Positions 10,366-27,249 of a stretch of DNA of 64,000 bases are shown one piece after another (position 1 is the stretch's first letter; each line of letters begins with the position of its first letter). The notes under the pieces are model-generated. The model did no database searches. It was not told the origin of the DNA and saw nothing but the letters and a program-made list of their open reading frames with translations. A program made the translations under genes and the position numbers. Source of the DNA: an uncultured Actinomycetota bacterium (GTDB taxonomy: Bacteria > Actinomycetota > Actinomycetes > JACCUZ01); assembly GCA_963726615.1 (NCBI GenBank), contig CAVSCX010000006.1:1241-65240 (forward strand), read 5' to 3'.

Positions 10366-10378
<13 letters not shown>
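9152..10378 (+). CDS. rocD: Ornithine-oxo-acid aminotransferase
   Basis: AHNYHPLPVV, GYSALNFGH, EPIQGEGG, DEIQSGLARTG, LGKALGGG. Confidence 0.93.
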
Positions 10379-15879
<5,501 letters not shown>

Positions 15880-16031
15880 GTACGACGCCTCCAGTCGGCC
15901 GGCGGACATCTCACCCTAGAGGCGCCATGCCGTGCTCTACCGCTGACCGGGCCGCCTGGTTGAGGACGCGGCCCGACCGAGGCCGCTCCCCAGGTCGCAC
16001 CGGCGGCAGGCCCCCACGGGAGGATGGGCCC

Positions 16032-16511
16032 ATGGACGTGAACGAGATCCTGCTGCCCGGCGTCGGCGTGCGGTACGAGCTGGACACCGCGGCCGGGGTG
16101 CGCGTCGGGGTCGTGTCGTACCGCGACGGCCGGTTCGAGCTGGTCCGCTACCAGGCTGACGACCCCGACTCCTCCTCCTCCTTGCTCGTCCTGACCTCCG
16201 AGGAGGCGGACACGGTGGCCGAGCTCATGGGCGCCCCCAGGCTCACCGAGCGGTTCGCCGACCTCACCCGCGAGATCCCCGGGCTGGCGTCGGCGACGGT
16301 GGACATCCCGAGCGGCTCCGAGTTCGACGGCAGCCCGCTGGGCGACACCCGGGCACGCACCAGGACTGGTGCTTCGGTGGTTGCCATCGTCCGCGGCGCG
16401 GACGTGATCGCCTCCCCGACGCCGCAGCAGGTCCTCCGCGGCGGAGACGCCCTGGTCGTCGTCGGGACGGACGCCGGTATCCACGGCGTCCGGACCATCG
16501 TCGGCGGCTGA
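16032..16511 (+). CDS. Cation:proton antiporter regulatory subunit (KhtT-like, TrkA-C)
   Basis: LPGVGVRY start; RTRTGASVVAIVRG...P. Confidence 0.88.
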   Translation: MDVNEILLPGVGVRYELDTAAGVRVGVVSYRDGRFELVRYQADDPDSSSSLLVLTSEEADTVAELMGAPRLTERFADLTREIPGLASATVDIPSGSEFDGSPLGDTRARTRTGASVVAIVRGADVIASPTPQQVLRGGDALVVVGTDAGIHGVRTIVGG

Positions 16512-16515
16512 CGGC

Positions 16516-17673
16516 GTGGACGAGGTCGGCCGCTTCCTCGTCGAGCTTGGTCTGCTCCTCGTCCTGCTGGGGGTGCTGGGGACCCTGGCCCGCATGATCG
16601 GGCTGTCGCCCGTGCCGTTGTTCCTGCTCGGCGGGCTCGTACTGGGCCGAGGCGGGCTGGCGGAGGTCGAGGCCACGGCCCCCTTCGTGGAGTCCACCGC
16701 CGAGATCGGGGTGCTGCTCCTGCTGCTGCTGCTCGGGCTGGAGTTCTCGGCCGCCGAGTTCACCTCGTCCCTGCGACGCCACGCACCCAGCGGCCTGGTC
16801 GACCTCGCCCTCAATGCCACGCCTGGGTACCTGGCCGGGCTGCTGCTCGGGTACTCCTGGCCGGCGTGCACCGCCCTGGCGGGGATCACCTGGATCTCCT
16901 CGTCGGGGATCGTGGCGCGGCTGCTCCGAGACCTGGGTCGTATCGGCAACCGGGAGACGCCGGCGGTGTTGTCGGTGCTCGTGCTCGAGGACCTGGCCAT
17001 GGCGCTGTACCTGCCGGTGCTCTCGGTGCTGCTGGCGGGCGGCACGGCGACCCGAGCGGTGGTGGGCGCGGCGGTGGCGGTCGGCGTGGTCCTGGTGGTG
17101 CTCCTCGCCGGGCACCGCTTCGGCGACCGCCTCGGAAGCGTCCTCCGGCACGAGGACGACGAGCAGGTGCTGCTGCGGGTGCTGGGGCTCACGCTGCTGG
17201 TCGCGGGGCTCACCCACTGGGTCGGCGCGTCCGCAGCGGTGGGTGCCTTCCTCGTCGGCCTCGCCATCCCGGGCGAGACGGCGCGCCGGGCCCGCCAGGT
17301 GCTGTCACCCCTGCGGGACCTGTTCGCGGCGCTGTTCTTCCTGTCGTTCGGCCTTCAGGTGGCCCCGGCCGAGGTCGCGCCCGTGCTCCCCGCGGCCCTG
17401 GCGCTGGCCGTGGTCACCACCGGGTCCAAGGTGCTGACGGGCAGGTACGCCGCGCGTCGCGACGGAGTGGGTTCCCGCGGGCAGCTCCGCGCCGGCGCCG
17501 CCCTGGTCGCGCGGGGTGAGTTCTCGGTGGTCATCGCGGGGCTGGCCGTGCTTGCGGGCTACGAGCAGATCGGGCCGCTCGCCAGCGCCTACGTGCTGCT
17601 CCTCGCCGTCGCGGGCCCGGTCCTTGCGCGCTTCGCGGGCACCGTCCCGGCAGACCGGTCCCGTGCCGGGTAG
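16516..17673 (+). CDS. CPA2 cation:proton antiporter (KhtU-like)
   Basis: About 12 TM; LGLEFS, ISSSGI, LVLEDL, RGEFS. Confidence 0.9.
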   Translation: MDEVGRFLVELGLLLVLLGVLGTLARMIGLSPVPLFLLGGLVLGRGGLAEVEATAPFVESTAEIGVLLLLLLLGLEFSAAEFTSSLRRHAPSGLVDLALNATPGYLAGLLLGYSWPACTALAGITWISSSGIVARLLRDLGRIGNRETPAVLSVLVLEDLAMALYLPVLSVLLAGGTATRAVVGAAVAVGVVLVVLLAGHRFGDRLGSVLRHEDDEQVLLRVLGLTLLVAGLTHWVGASAAVGAFLVGLAIPGETARRARQVLSPLRDLFAALFFLSFGLQVAPAEVAPVLPAALALAVVTTGSKVLTGRYAARRDGVGSRGQLRAGAALVARGEFSVVIAGLAVLAGYEQIGPLASAYVLLLAVAGPVLARFAGTVPADRSRAG

Positions 17674-18230
17674 GGCGCCGGCTGGATCGGCTTGGAGGCC
17701 GCCGCCGCTGCGCGCGCCGCCGGCTGGACGTCACCGTCCTCCAGCAGGCCGAGCTGCCCCTGCGCATCCTCGGTCACGACGTCGCCAGGGTGTTCGTGGA
17801 CCTGCACCGAGACCACGCGGTGGACCTGCGCTGCTCGGTACAGTCACGGCGATCCCCGGCCACGGCGGGCGCGTCTCCGGTCACCCTCGACGACGGGAGC
17901 CACCTGGACGCGGACCTCGTCCTGGTGGGCGTTCGGGCCACCCCCACTGTCCAGCTCGCCCGAGGACGCCGGACCCGAGACGAGCAACGGGGTGGTCGAC
18001 CTCGGGATGGAGTTCACCGGACTACGTCGAGCCTCACGGCTACGACCAGACGGTGTTCCGCGGCGACATCGCGGGGTCGCGAGTTCGTGGCCTCTTTGGC
18101 TGGCCGGGGGCAGTGCGGACGGGCATGAACGTCAACACCTTGGCGTGACCGACGCCCTCGAGGGCCTCGTCCGCTCCGGCCGGGCCGTTCGACCACCGGC
18201 GTCTCGGAGCCCCGGACATCCCGCTGCACG
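17674..18230 (+). pseudogene. Degraded FAD-dependent ferredoxin reductase remnant
   Basis: Pieces in shifting frames: GAGWIGLEAAAAAR, DVTVL..AELP.RILG, LHRDHAVDLR, DADLVLVGV, DLGMEFTG, GYDQTVFRGD, GMNVN; no start codon, internal deletions. Confidence 0.8.
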
Positions 18231-18282
18231 AGGTCGGAGAGCACCACCCCGGGTCGTGCATCGTCACCGCGGGTGCCGCGTC

Positions 18283-18645
18283 CTACCCGACGCCGGCGAA
18301 GGCGCGGACCTCGATAGGCGCCTTGATGGCGTCGGTGACCTTGGCCGCCCAGCCCAGCGCGGCCTCGAGGTCCGCGGTCTCGATGATGTAGAACCCGCCG
18401 AGGTGCTCCTTCGTCTCGGCGAACGGGCCGTCGGTGGTCGTGACCTGCCCCTTGGTCGTCCGTACGACGGCGGCCGCCATCGGCTCGGACAGCCGACCGG
18501 AGAACCTGAGCGTGTCGGTCGCCCTCATCTCCTGCTCCAGGGCGCCGACCTTGTCGTGGGAGTGCTTCTTCTCCTCGTCGGTCATTGCCCGGTGCGGCTC
18601 GCCCTCTTCCTCGACCATGTGGACGGACAGCAGGTAGTGCGTCAT
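18283..18645 (-). CDS. YciI/DGPF-family protein
   Basis: TTDGPFAETKEHLGGFYII...IEVR. Confidence 0.92.
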   Translation of the reverse strand: MTHYLLSVHMVEEEGEPHRAMTDEEKKHSHDKVGALEQEMRATDTLRFSGRLSEPMAAAVVRTTKGQVTTTDGPFAETKEHLGGFYIIETADLEAALGWAAKVTDAIKAPIEVRAFAGVG

Positions 18646-18805
18646 ATGCGGCTCCTCTCGCCGATCCCGGTGCTTCTGGTGCCTCACTACGTCGACGAGT
18701 GAGTCTCGCCCGGATCGACCAGTCTCACCGGGAATGGTGCTCGGGTGCGCCAACGCCGGCTCAGCGACCCGATCAGCGCACCCGACCGCGTCAGTCGTCG
18801 AGTGG

Positions 18806-19135
18806 TCAGTGGAGCTTGACCACCGTCAGCAGGACGCACGAGTCCTCGACGGCCGCGAGCGAGTGCCGTTCGCCCGGCACCACGAGGAGGTCGCCGACCG
18901 TGCCCTCCCATGACGTGGCGCCCGACGTCAGCCGGACGTGCCCGTGCAGCACCTGGAGGGTCGCCTCACCGGGGCTCTCGTGCTCGTCCAGCCCCCGGCC
19001 CGCGCTGAGGGCGATGACTGTCTGCCGGAGCGTGTTGTCGTGACCGCCGAACACGGTGTGCGCGCTGCGGCCGCTGGAGGCGGTGCTGGCCAGGTCGAGC
19101 TGGTCATGCGCGAGCGAGGTCAAGGACGTCACCAT
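18806..19135 (-). CDS. Cupin domain protein
   Basis: LRQTVIAL..G..LDEHESPGEATLQVL...RHSL. Confidence 0.85.
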   Translation of the reverse strand: MVTSLTSLAHDQLDLASTASSGRSAHTVFGGHDNTLRQTVIALSAGRGLDEHESPGEATLQVLHGHVRLTSGATSWEGTVGDLLVVPGERHSLAAVEDSCVLLTVVKLH

Positions 19136-20414
19136 CGGTTCTCCTGTTCTCGGGGCCCGGCGCGGAGGTCTGGGGGCTGCCGTGGTCCGGGCCGGGGGAC
19201 CAGGGCAGCGGGAGGTACCGGACGCAGTCACCGGCGGTCGCACCGGCGGGAGGCACGACCGCCAGCCCGGTCGCCAGTGCCAGGCCACGGAGCATGGCAG
19301 GGCCGCACGACGGCAGCACGGCCGCCGTTCCGTCTTCGCACGACACCGGCAGCAGCCGGTGCCCGTCACCCGGCCGGCCAGGCTCGTCGGAGCCCAGCCG
19401 CACCCGGCTCTCCCACGCCGCCGGTCGCCCGCCGAGAGCGGCGAGGAGCGGTTGCACCAGCGTGACCAGCGCCGCGCAGGCGGCGAACGGGTTGCCCGGC
19501 AGACCCACCAGCCAACGACCTCGGGGGAGTCGGCAGAGCAGCATGGGGTGGCCGGGCTTCACGGCGACTCCGTCGACGACGACCCGGCCACCCACTCTCC
19601 GGACCGCGTGCCGGACGTGGTCCCGAGGGCCGACGCTGGTCCCGCCGGTGGTGACCACGACCCGCGCGTCGGTCGACCGCAGCGCACGCTCGAGTGCGTC
19701 GAGGTCGTCCGGCAGATGCCGGGCCGCCTCAGCCGGCACCCCGAAGCCGTGCAGCCACCCGGGCAGCTGCGGACCGAGCGCGTCCCGGACCTGTCCATCG
19801 CCTGGCAGCCCCGAGTCGAGCAGCTCGTCGCCGAGCACCAGCAGCTGCACGGTCGGGGCCGGTACGACGGCGAGCGCGTCGTGCCCGGTCGCGGCGGCCA
19901 GTCCGAGCACCGGCGGCGTCACGACGGTGCCGGCGGGCAGCAGGACGTCACCGCGACTGGCTTCCTCCCCGCGGAGACGGATGTGCGAGGTCGCCGGGCC
20001 GCCCGCGGACCACGCCGCGCCCGGGCACACGCCGGCGGCGCCGACAACCGACTCCTCCACCGGCAGCACGTGCGAGACGCCCGCCGGGACGGCGGCACCT
20101 GTGGCGATGCGCACGCACTCACCGGGACCGACGTGCCCGTGGTGCAGCCCTCCGGCGGGCAGGTCAGCGACGATCCGCCAGGGCGGCGGCCCAGCCACGC
20201 CCCAGCCGTCCATCGCCGAGCTGTCGGCCGCCGGCAAGGGGCTGCGCGCGACCATGTCGTCGGCCAGCACGCACTGCATCGCCTCGGCCAGGGGAACGAG
20301 GACCGCGGGCAGCGGATCGGCTGCTGCCGCCAGGCTGCGGGCGGCCGACCACGGCATCCCGCCGTGCCGCCTGTCGCTGGGGAGCAGCGCCGTCCAGTCC
20401 GCCCTGCTCGTCAT
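19104..20414 (-). CDS. moeA: Molybdopterin molybdotransferase
   Basis: SAMDGW, IATGA, GDEL, TTGGTSVG, KPGHP, GLPGNP. Confidence 0.9.
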   Translation of the reverse strand: MTSRADWTALLPSDRRHGGMPWSAARSLAAAADPLPAVLVPLAEAMQCVLADDMVARSPLPAADSSAMDGWGVAGPPPWRIVADLPAGGLHHGHVGPGECVRIATGAAVPAGVSHVLPVEESVVGAAGVCPGAAWSAGGPATSHIRLRGEEASRGDVLLPAGTVVTPPVLGLAAATGHDALAVVPAPTVQLLVLGDELLDSGLPGDGQVRDALGPQLPGWLHGFGVPAEAARHLPDDLDALERALRSTDARVVVTTGGTSVGPRDHVRHAVRRVGGRVVVDGVAVKPGHPMLLCRLPRGRWLVGLPGNPFAACAALVTLVQPLLAALGGRPAAWESRVRLGSDEPGRPGDGHRLLPVSCEDGTAAVLPSCGPAMLRGLALATGLAVVPPAGATAGDCVRYLPLPWSPGPDHGSPQTSAPGPENRRTDGDVLDLARA

Positions 20415-21166
20415 GACCCGACCCGCTCCCAGCCCCGCCGCGGCTTGCGGCTGCCGAGCGCGTCGTCCCGCGAGCGGTACACGATGTACGGCCGGGTGAG
20501 GTAGCCCAGCGGCGCACTGAAGACGTGCACCAGCCTGGTGAACGGCCACAGGGCGAACAACGAGAAGGCGGCGAGGGCGTGCAGCCTGAAGCCGATCGGT
20601 GCGGCCGCCATGAGCTCGGGCCGGGGGTCGAGTCGGAAGATCCCGCGGAACCACACCGAGACGCCCTCTCGGTAGTCGTAGTCACCGACCACGTTGGCCA
20701 CCACGGTGTTGGCGAGGCCCAGGACGATGACGGTGCCCAGCACCGCGTACATCGCCTTGTCCATGCGGGTGGTGGCCGAGAAGACCGGGCCGACGGTGCG
20801 GCGGCGGTAGATCAGGATGGCCATCCCGACGACGGTGCCGACACCGGCGACCGAGCCGATGCCCACGGCGGACGCGTGGTACATCCCCTCGGACACCCCG
20901 ACCGCCTCTGTCCAGGACTTCGGCACGCCCAGCCCCATGACGTGGCCCATCAGCACGAACAGCAGGCCGAAGTGGAACAGCGGGCTGCCGAGCCGGAGCA
21001 GTCGGTGCTCGTGCAGCTGCGACGACCGGGTCGTCCAGCCGAACTTGTCGTAGCGGTACCGCCACCAGTGGCCCACGACGAAGACGGCCAGGCAGACGTA
21101 GGGGAACGCGACCCAGAGCAGTGTGTCGACGGCCCCCGTGTCCGTCGCGACCTCGGCGCCCCTCAT
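20411..21166 (-). CDS. narI: Respiratory nitrate reductase gamma subunit
   Basis: YDKFGWTTRSSQL, FHFG..GH, WPFTRLVH. Confidence 0.95.
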   Translation of the reverse strand: MRGAEVATDTGAVDTLLWVAFPYVCLAVFVVGHWWRYRYDKFGWTTRSSQLHEHRLLRLGSPLFHFGLLFVLMGHVMGLGVPKSWTEAVGVSEGMYHASAVGIGSVAGVGTVVGMAILIYRRRTVGPVFSATTRMDKAMYAVLGTVIVLGLANTVVANVVGDYDYREGVSVWFRGIFRLDPRPELMAAAPIGFRLHALAAFSLFALWPFTRLVHVFSAPLGYLTRPYIVYRSRDDALGSRKPRRGWERVGS

Positions 21167-21843
21167 CGGCGCACTCCGCCGGTCAGGTCGGGGCGTCGGA
21201 CGGTGGGGTAGGGCAGCGCGACCGGCATCTGGTCCGGTGGAGCGAACGGCGCCAGCCCGACGTCCTCGGTCGGTGGGCCCTGGGCCGCGAGGCGGTGCAC
21301 CGCGGACCGCTCGTCGCCGGCCAGCGGGGGCAGCGTCGCGGTGACGGCGCGCAGGACGTCCGCGTACGGCGACTCCGCATCCACCAGCGCGAGGCGCAGC
21401 AGCTCGATCCCGGCGCGGTGGTCGAGGAGCAGCCGTCTTCCGAGGACCGGATCGGTCGCGGCGAACTCCAGCACTACCGCGAGGTGGTCCGGCAGCTCGT
21501 CGGGCGCCAGCTCGAGACCGGCCTGCCGATAGGCGGTCTTGAGCTCGAGCAGGGCCATCCCGCGCTTGCGGGTGTCGCCGTGCGCGTAGTAGGTCAGGTA
21601 CAGGCAGCACCGGCGCTGGTGGTCGAAGGTCTCGACGAAGTGCGACGCCAGCTCCAGGACCGGCGTGGCGGCGGCGCGGTCGAGGAACCGGCGCAGCGGC
21701 GTGGCGAGGCTCCCGGGAAGTCGCTCGACCTCGGCGCCCAGAAGCGGCAGCTGCTCCACGAGCTGCCCGTCCGGGTAGCCGAGCAGGACCGAGGACACCT
21801 GCCAGGCCCGGGCGTCGGCAGGGCCTCCACGGTCGCGGCTCAT
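21163..21843 (-). CDS. narJ: Nitrate reductase chaperone (delta subunit)
   Basis: LYLTYYAHGDTRKRGMAL, ELPDHL; ATGA overlap with the narH stop. Confidence 0.92.
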   Translation of the reverse strand: MSRDRGGPADARAWQVSSVLLGYPDGQLVEQLPLLGAEVERLPGSLATPLRRFLDRAAATPVLELASHFVETFDHQRRCCLYLTYYAHGDTRKRGMALLELKTAYRQAGLELAPDELPDHLAVVLEFAATDPVLGRRLLLDHRAGIELLRLALVDAESPYADVLRAVTATLPPLAGDERSAVHRLAAQGPPTEDVGLAPFAPPDQMPVALPYPTVRRPDLTGGVRR

Positions 21844-23544
21844 CGCTCGCCCCCATCGGGGCTTCCGCCGTCGCCGCCGGTCTCGCCAGTGCCAGCAGGA
21901 CGAGGTGGGAAGAGCCCCTCCGGGGCGCCCCTGCCGTCCCAGTTGAGCAAGTTCACCCGGCTCGCCTTGTCGTCGGGCGTCACGACGGAGTCGCTTGTCT
22001 GCCGGAGCTGGAGCATCTGGAAGTTCTCGACGGCGATCGGCGAGGTGCCGCCCGACCCCTCGCCGAACGGGCCCGAGCCACCCATGCCCGGCCCGCCGTC
22101 GTAGTCGAGGCTGCACTCGGTGGCCAGCTCTTCGAGGGAGTGGGCCTGCTCGGCGTGCGCGGGTGGGATGACGTACCGCTCGTCGTACTTGGCGATCGCC
22201 AGCAGCCGGTACATGTCGTACATCTGCTCGCCGGTCATACCGACCGCGGCGGCGATGCTCTCGTCGGGGTCGCGGCCCATCGTGATGTCGCGCATGTAGC
22301 AACGCATGGCGGCGAGCCTGTGCAGGACGGCGTCGACCGGGGCCGACGTCTCCGGCGGTGAACAGCTCGGCGAGGTACTCCACCGGGATGCGCAGGGCGT
22401 CGATCGCGGCGAACAGGTTGCCCTTGTCCTCGGCGTCGAAGCCCGTGTCCTTGACGACGTCCACCACCGGGGACAGCGGCGGGATGTACCAGACCATCGG
22501 CATGGTCCGGTACTCCGGGTGCAACGGCAGCGCGACCTGATAGGTGTTGATGAGTGCGTGGATCGGGGAGCGCTGAGCCGCGTCGATCCAGTCCCTGGGG
22601 ATGCCCGCCTCCTCGGCTGCGCGTACCACTGCCGGGTCGCTGGGGTCGAGGAACACCGAGCGCTGCGCCTCGTAGAGGTCCTGGTCACCCTCGGTCGACG
22701 CGGCCGCCAGTACCTTGTCGGCGTCGTAGAGGATCAGGCCGATGTAGCGCAGCCGGCCGACGCACGTCTCCGAGCACACGGTGGGTAGTCCGACCTCGAT
22801 GCGCGGGAAGCAGAACGTGCACTTCTCGGCCTTACCGGTGCGGTGGTTGAAGTACACCTTCTTGTAAGGGCAGCCGCTCACGCACTGCCGCCAGCCGCGG
22901 CACCGGTCCTGGTCGACCAGGACGATGCCGTCCTCGGACCGCTTGTAGATGGCACCGGAGGGACAGGAGGCCGCGCAGGACGGGTTGAGGCAGTGCTCGC
23001 AGATGCGCGGCAGGTAGAACATGAAGGTCTGCTCGAACTCGAACTTCACCTTGTCGGCGATGTTCTTGAGCATCACGTCCTTGTCACCGTGGTCGGGTGA
23101 GCCGCCGAGGTCGTCGTCCCAGTTCGCCGACCACTCGATCTTCATGTCCTTGCCGGTGATCAGCGACTTCGGCCGGGCGACGGGGATGTGCTCCTGCAAC
23201 GGGGCGTTCGTCAGGGTGTCGTAGTCGTAGGTCCACGGCTGGTAGTAGTCGTCCAGGCTGGGCAGCGTGGGGTTGGAGAAGATGGTGAGCAGCTTGCGCA
23301 GCCTGCCCCCGCCCCTCAGGGCCAGGCGGCCACGCTTGTTGAGCGTCCAGCCGCCACGCCACTTCTCCTGGTCCTCGTAGCGGCGCGGGTAGCCCTGCCC
23401 TGGGCGCGTCTCGACGTTGTTGAACCACACGTACTCGACGCCGCTGCGGTTGGTCCAGGCCTGCTTGCAGGTGACCGAGCAGGTGTGGCAGCCGATGCAC
23501 TTGTCGAGGTTCATCACCATCGCCATCTGTGCCATGACCCTCAT
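21840..23544 (-). CDS. narH: Nitrate reductase beta subunit (one +1 frameshift near 22340)
   Basis: NLDKCIGCHTC, CEHCLNPSC, CRGWRQC, CTFCFPR; C-terminus (LAIAKYDERYVIP) lies in the adjacent frame. Confidence 0.92.
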
Positions 23545-26500
23545 CAGTACGTCACCTCCTGCGATCGCCTGCGGATGACCGTGACCTCGTCGCGCTGGTT
23601 GCCGGTCGGGCCGAGGTAGTTGAAGGCGAAGGACAGCTGCGCGTACCCGCCGACCAGGTGGGTCGGCTTGATGAGGAGTCGGGTGAGCGAGTTGTGGACG
23701 CCACCGCGCTTCTTCGACGTCTCGGCGATCGGCACGTCGATGAGCCGGTCCTGCGCGTGGTGCATGTACACGGTGCCTTCGGGCATCCGGTGCGACGACG
23801 ATGGCTCGCGCAACGACGACGCCGTTGCGGTTCACCGCCTCTATCCAGTCGTTGTCGTGGATGCCGATCTTGACGGCGTCCTCCTTGCTCATCCAGATCA
23901 CCTGCCCGCCGCGCGACAGCGACAGCATGAACAGGTTGTCCTGGTACTCCGAGTGGATGGACCACTTGTTGTGCGGCGTCAGGTACCGCAGCGTCAGACC
24001 GAGCTCGCCGGTGTCGCCGACCTTCGGCTCCCCGAACAGCGCGGTGCATGTTCAGCGGGGGGCGGAAGACGGGGAGGCCCTCGCCGAGCTCGGTCATCCA
24101 GTCGTGGTCGAGGTAGAAGTGCTGCCTGCCGGTCAGGGTGTGCCACGGCTTGAGCCGCTCGACGTTGATGGTGAACGGGGAGTACCGGCGACCGCCGGTC
24201 TCCGACCCGGACCACTCCGGGGAGGTGATGACGGGCACCGGACGGGCCTGGGTGTCGGCGAAGGTGATCTGCTTGCCCTCGTGCTCAGCGGCCAGGTCGG
24301 CCATCGGCTGACCGGTGCGCTTCTCGAGTGTGCGGAACCCCTGCGTCGCCAGGTGGCCGTTCGTGGTGCCGGACAGCGCCAGGATCATCTCGCACGCGTC
24401 GACGTCGCGGGCCAGCGACGGCCGGCCGTCCGCGGGGCCACCGCGGACGGCGCCGTTCTTGTGGCGCAGGTAGTCGACCTCGCGGTCGAGCGCGTAGGTG
24501 ACCCCTTTCGTCGTGGCGCCCAGCTCGTCCATCAGCGGGCCCAGCGCCGACATCTTCGCGGCGACGGCGCCGTAGTCGCGCTCGACGACGACGCAGCTTG
24601 GGCATCGTGCTCCCGGGCACCGGTTCGCAGTCGCCGGCCTTCCAGTCGGCAACCACACCGTGCGGGTTGGCCATCTCGTCCGCCGTGTCGTGCAGCAGTG
24701 GCACTGCCACGACGTCACGACGGACGCCGAGGTGCCGCTCGGCCAGCCGGCCGAACGCCACTGCGATCGTCTGGAAGGCGTCCCAGTCGGTGCGGGTCTG
24801 CCACGGGGGCGCGATCGCCGGGTTGAACGAGTGGATGAACGGATGCATGTCGGTGGTGTTCAGGTCGTGCTTCTCGTACCACGTGGCCGCCGGCAGGACG
24901 ACGTCGGAGAAGATCGTGGTGCTCGTCATCCGGAAGTCCAGCGACAGCAGCAGGTCGAGCTTCCCCTCCGGCACCTCGTCGCGCCAGACGACGTCCTTGG
25001 GTCGTGCCTCGGGCGGCGCCTCGGTGGCACGCAGGGAGTTGTCCGCGCCCAGCAGGTGCTTGAGGAAGTACTCGTTGCCCTTGCCCGAAGACCCCAGCAG
25101 GTTGGCGCGCCATACCGTGAGGACGCGCGGGTAGTTGTCCTCGGCGTCAGGATCCTCGCAGGCGAAGCGCAGGCCACCGGACTTCAGCTCGCCCACGACG
25201 TAGTCACCGACGCTCATCCCCGACGCCTGTGCGTCGTCGGCGAGGGTGAGCGGGTTGCGGTCGAAGGTCGGGTACGACGGCATCCAGCCCATCCGCGCCG
25301 ACTGGGCGATGAGGTCTGCGGTCGTCTTGCCGGCGAGCCGGCCCGCACCGGTGGTCGCCGCCAACGTGTCGGCACCGAAGTGGTCGTATCGGTACTGGTC
25401 GGAGTGCAGGTACCAGTACGCCGTCTGGATCATCTGCCGCGGCGGCCGGGACCAGTCCAGGCCGAACGCGAGCTGGGCCCAGCCGGTGACCGGTCGGCAC
25501 TTCTCCTGTCCGACGTAGTGAGCCCAGCCACCGCCGTTGACGCCCTGGCAGCCGGTCAGTGTCGTCAGTGCCAAGAAGGCCCGGTAGATGGTGTCGGAGT
25601 GGAACCAGTGGTTGGTTCCCGCCCCCATGAGGATCATCGACCGGCCGCGCGACTCCTCGGCGTTCGCCGCGAACTCGCGTCCGATCCGCTCCGCCTTGTG
25701 GGCCGGGACGCCGGTGATGGTCTCCTGCCAGGCCGGCGTGCACGGCTGCGACGCGTCGTCGTAGCCCGTCGGCCAGACGCCGGGCAGGCCGTCGCGAGCG
25801 ACGCCGTACTGCGCGAGCATCAGGTCGTACACCGTCGTCACCAGGTGGCCGCCGACCCGGCGCACCGGTACCCCGCGCCGCATCGTCGCTGCCGCGCCGT
25901 CCGCAGCGTCGAAGCGCGGCAGGTGCACCTCGACCGGCGGCTCCGTGCCACCCGCTGCGGAGAGCAGCGGGTCGACATCGGCCAGGTCGAGGTTCCAGCG
26001 GCCCGCGCCGCCGGGGCCGAACCGGAAGCCGAGGGAACCGTTGGGCACGACCGGTTCGCCGGTGCGCGAGTCGAGCAGCACGGTCTTGAACTCTGGGTGT
26101 TCGGCGTCCTGCTCCGCCTCGAGGTCGGACGCAGTCAGGAACTTGCCGGCGTGGTATCCGCCGTCGCGCTCGTCGAGGCGGACGAGGAAGGGGAGGTCGG
26201 TGTACTTCTTCACGTATTCGGTGAAGTACGGGACCTGCCGGTCGACGAAGAACTCCTTCAGCGTGACGTGACCCATCGCCATCGCCAGCGCGCCGTCCGT
26301 GCCGGGCTGGGCCGCGAGCCACTCGTCGGCGAACTTCACGTTGTCGGCGTAGTCCGGGGAGACGGCCACCACCTTCTGCCCCCGGTAGCGCGCCTCGGTC
26401 ATCCAGTGCGCGTCGGGCGTGCGGGTCACCGGGACGTTCGAGCCCCACATGATCAGGTAGCCGGCGTCCCACCAGTCGCCGGACTCCGGTACGTCCGTCT

Positions 26501-27249
26501 GGTCGCCGAACACCTGCGGCGACGCGACAGGCAGGTCGGCGTACCAGTCGTAGAACGACAGCATCGTGCCGCCGATCAGTGACATGAACCGCGCCCCGGA
26601 TGCGTGGGAGACCATCGACATCGCCGGGATCGGTGAGAAAGCCGGCGACCCGGTCGGGGCCGAAGCGCTTGATCGTGTAGACGTGGGCGGCAGCAACGAT
26701 CTCGGCAGCCTCCTCCCAGGTCGCCCGGACCAGGCCGCCCTTCCCGCGGGCCTGCTTGTAGCGCCGTGACAGCTCCGGGTCGGAGACGATGTGCGCCCAG
26801 GCGAGCACCGGGTCGCCGATGCGGGCCTTGGCCTCGCGGTACATCTCGAGCAGCACTCCCCGCACGTACGGGTAGCGGACCCGGGTGGGGGAGTAGGTGT
26901 ACCAGGAGAACGCCGCGCCGCGGGGGCAGCCGCGCGGCTCGTACTCGGGGCTGTCAGGCCCGACCGAGGGGTAGTCGGTCTGCTGCGACTCCCAGGTGAT
27001 GATCCCGTCCTTGACGTAGACCTTCCACGAGCACGAGCCGGTGCAGTTGACGCCGTGGGTGGACCGGACGACCTTGTCGTGGCTCCAGCGGTCCCGGTAG
27101 AAGTCGTCGGCCTGTCGGCCACCGGTGCGGTGCAGCGTCCGCAGGTCGGTGGACACCTCGGCCCGGGTGAAGAACCTGCGGGTCCGCACCAGCGCCTCGC
27201 TGAGCCCGTCGTCCATCCGCGGGCCAGGGCGCCGCTCGCCCGCCGTCAT
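23544..27249 (-). CDS. narG: Nitrate reductase alpha subunit (four +1 frameshifts)
   Basis: RSTHGVNCTGSC, PRGCPRG, SFYDWYADLP, HYVGQEK, C-terminal GPTGNQRDE; spread over several ORF-track pieces. Confidence 0.92.

Noticed and set aside
21163-23928. 921-aa apparent NarH-NarJ fusion in the ORF track
   Set aside because: Created by the +1 shift near 22340; narJ has its own ATGA-coupled start.
23790-26640. Programmed frameshifting in narG
   Set aside because: No shared slippery sequence, and four successive shifts would leave almost no full-length product.
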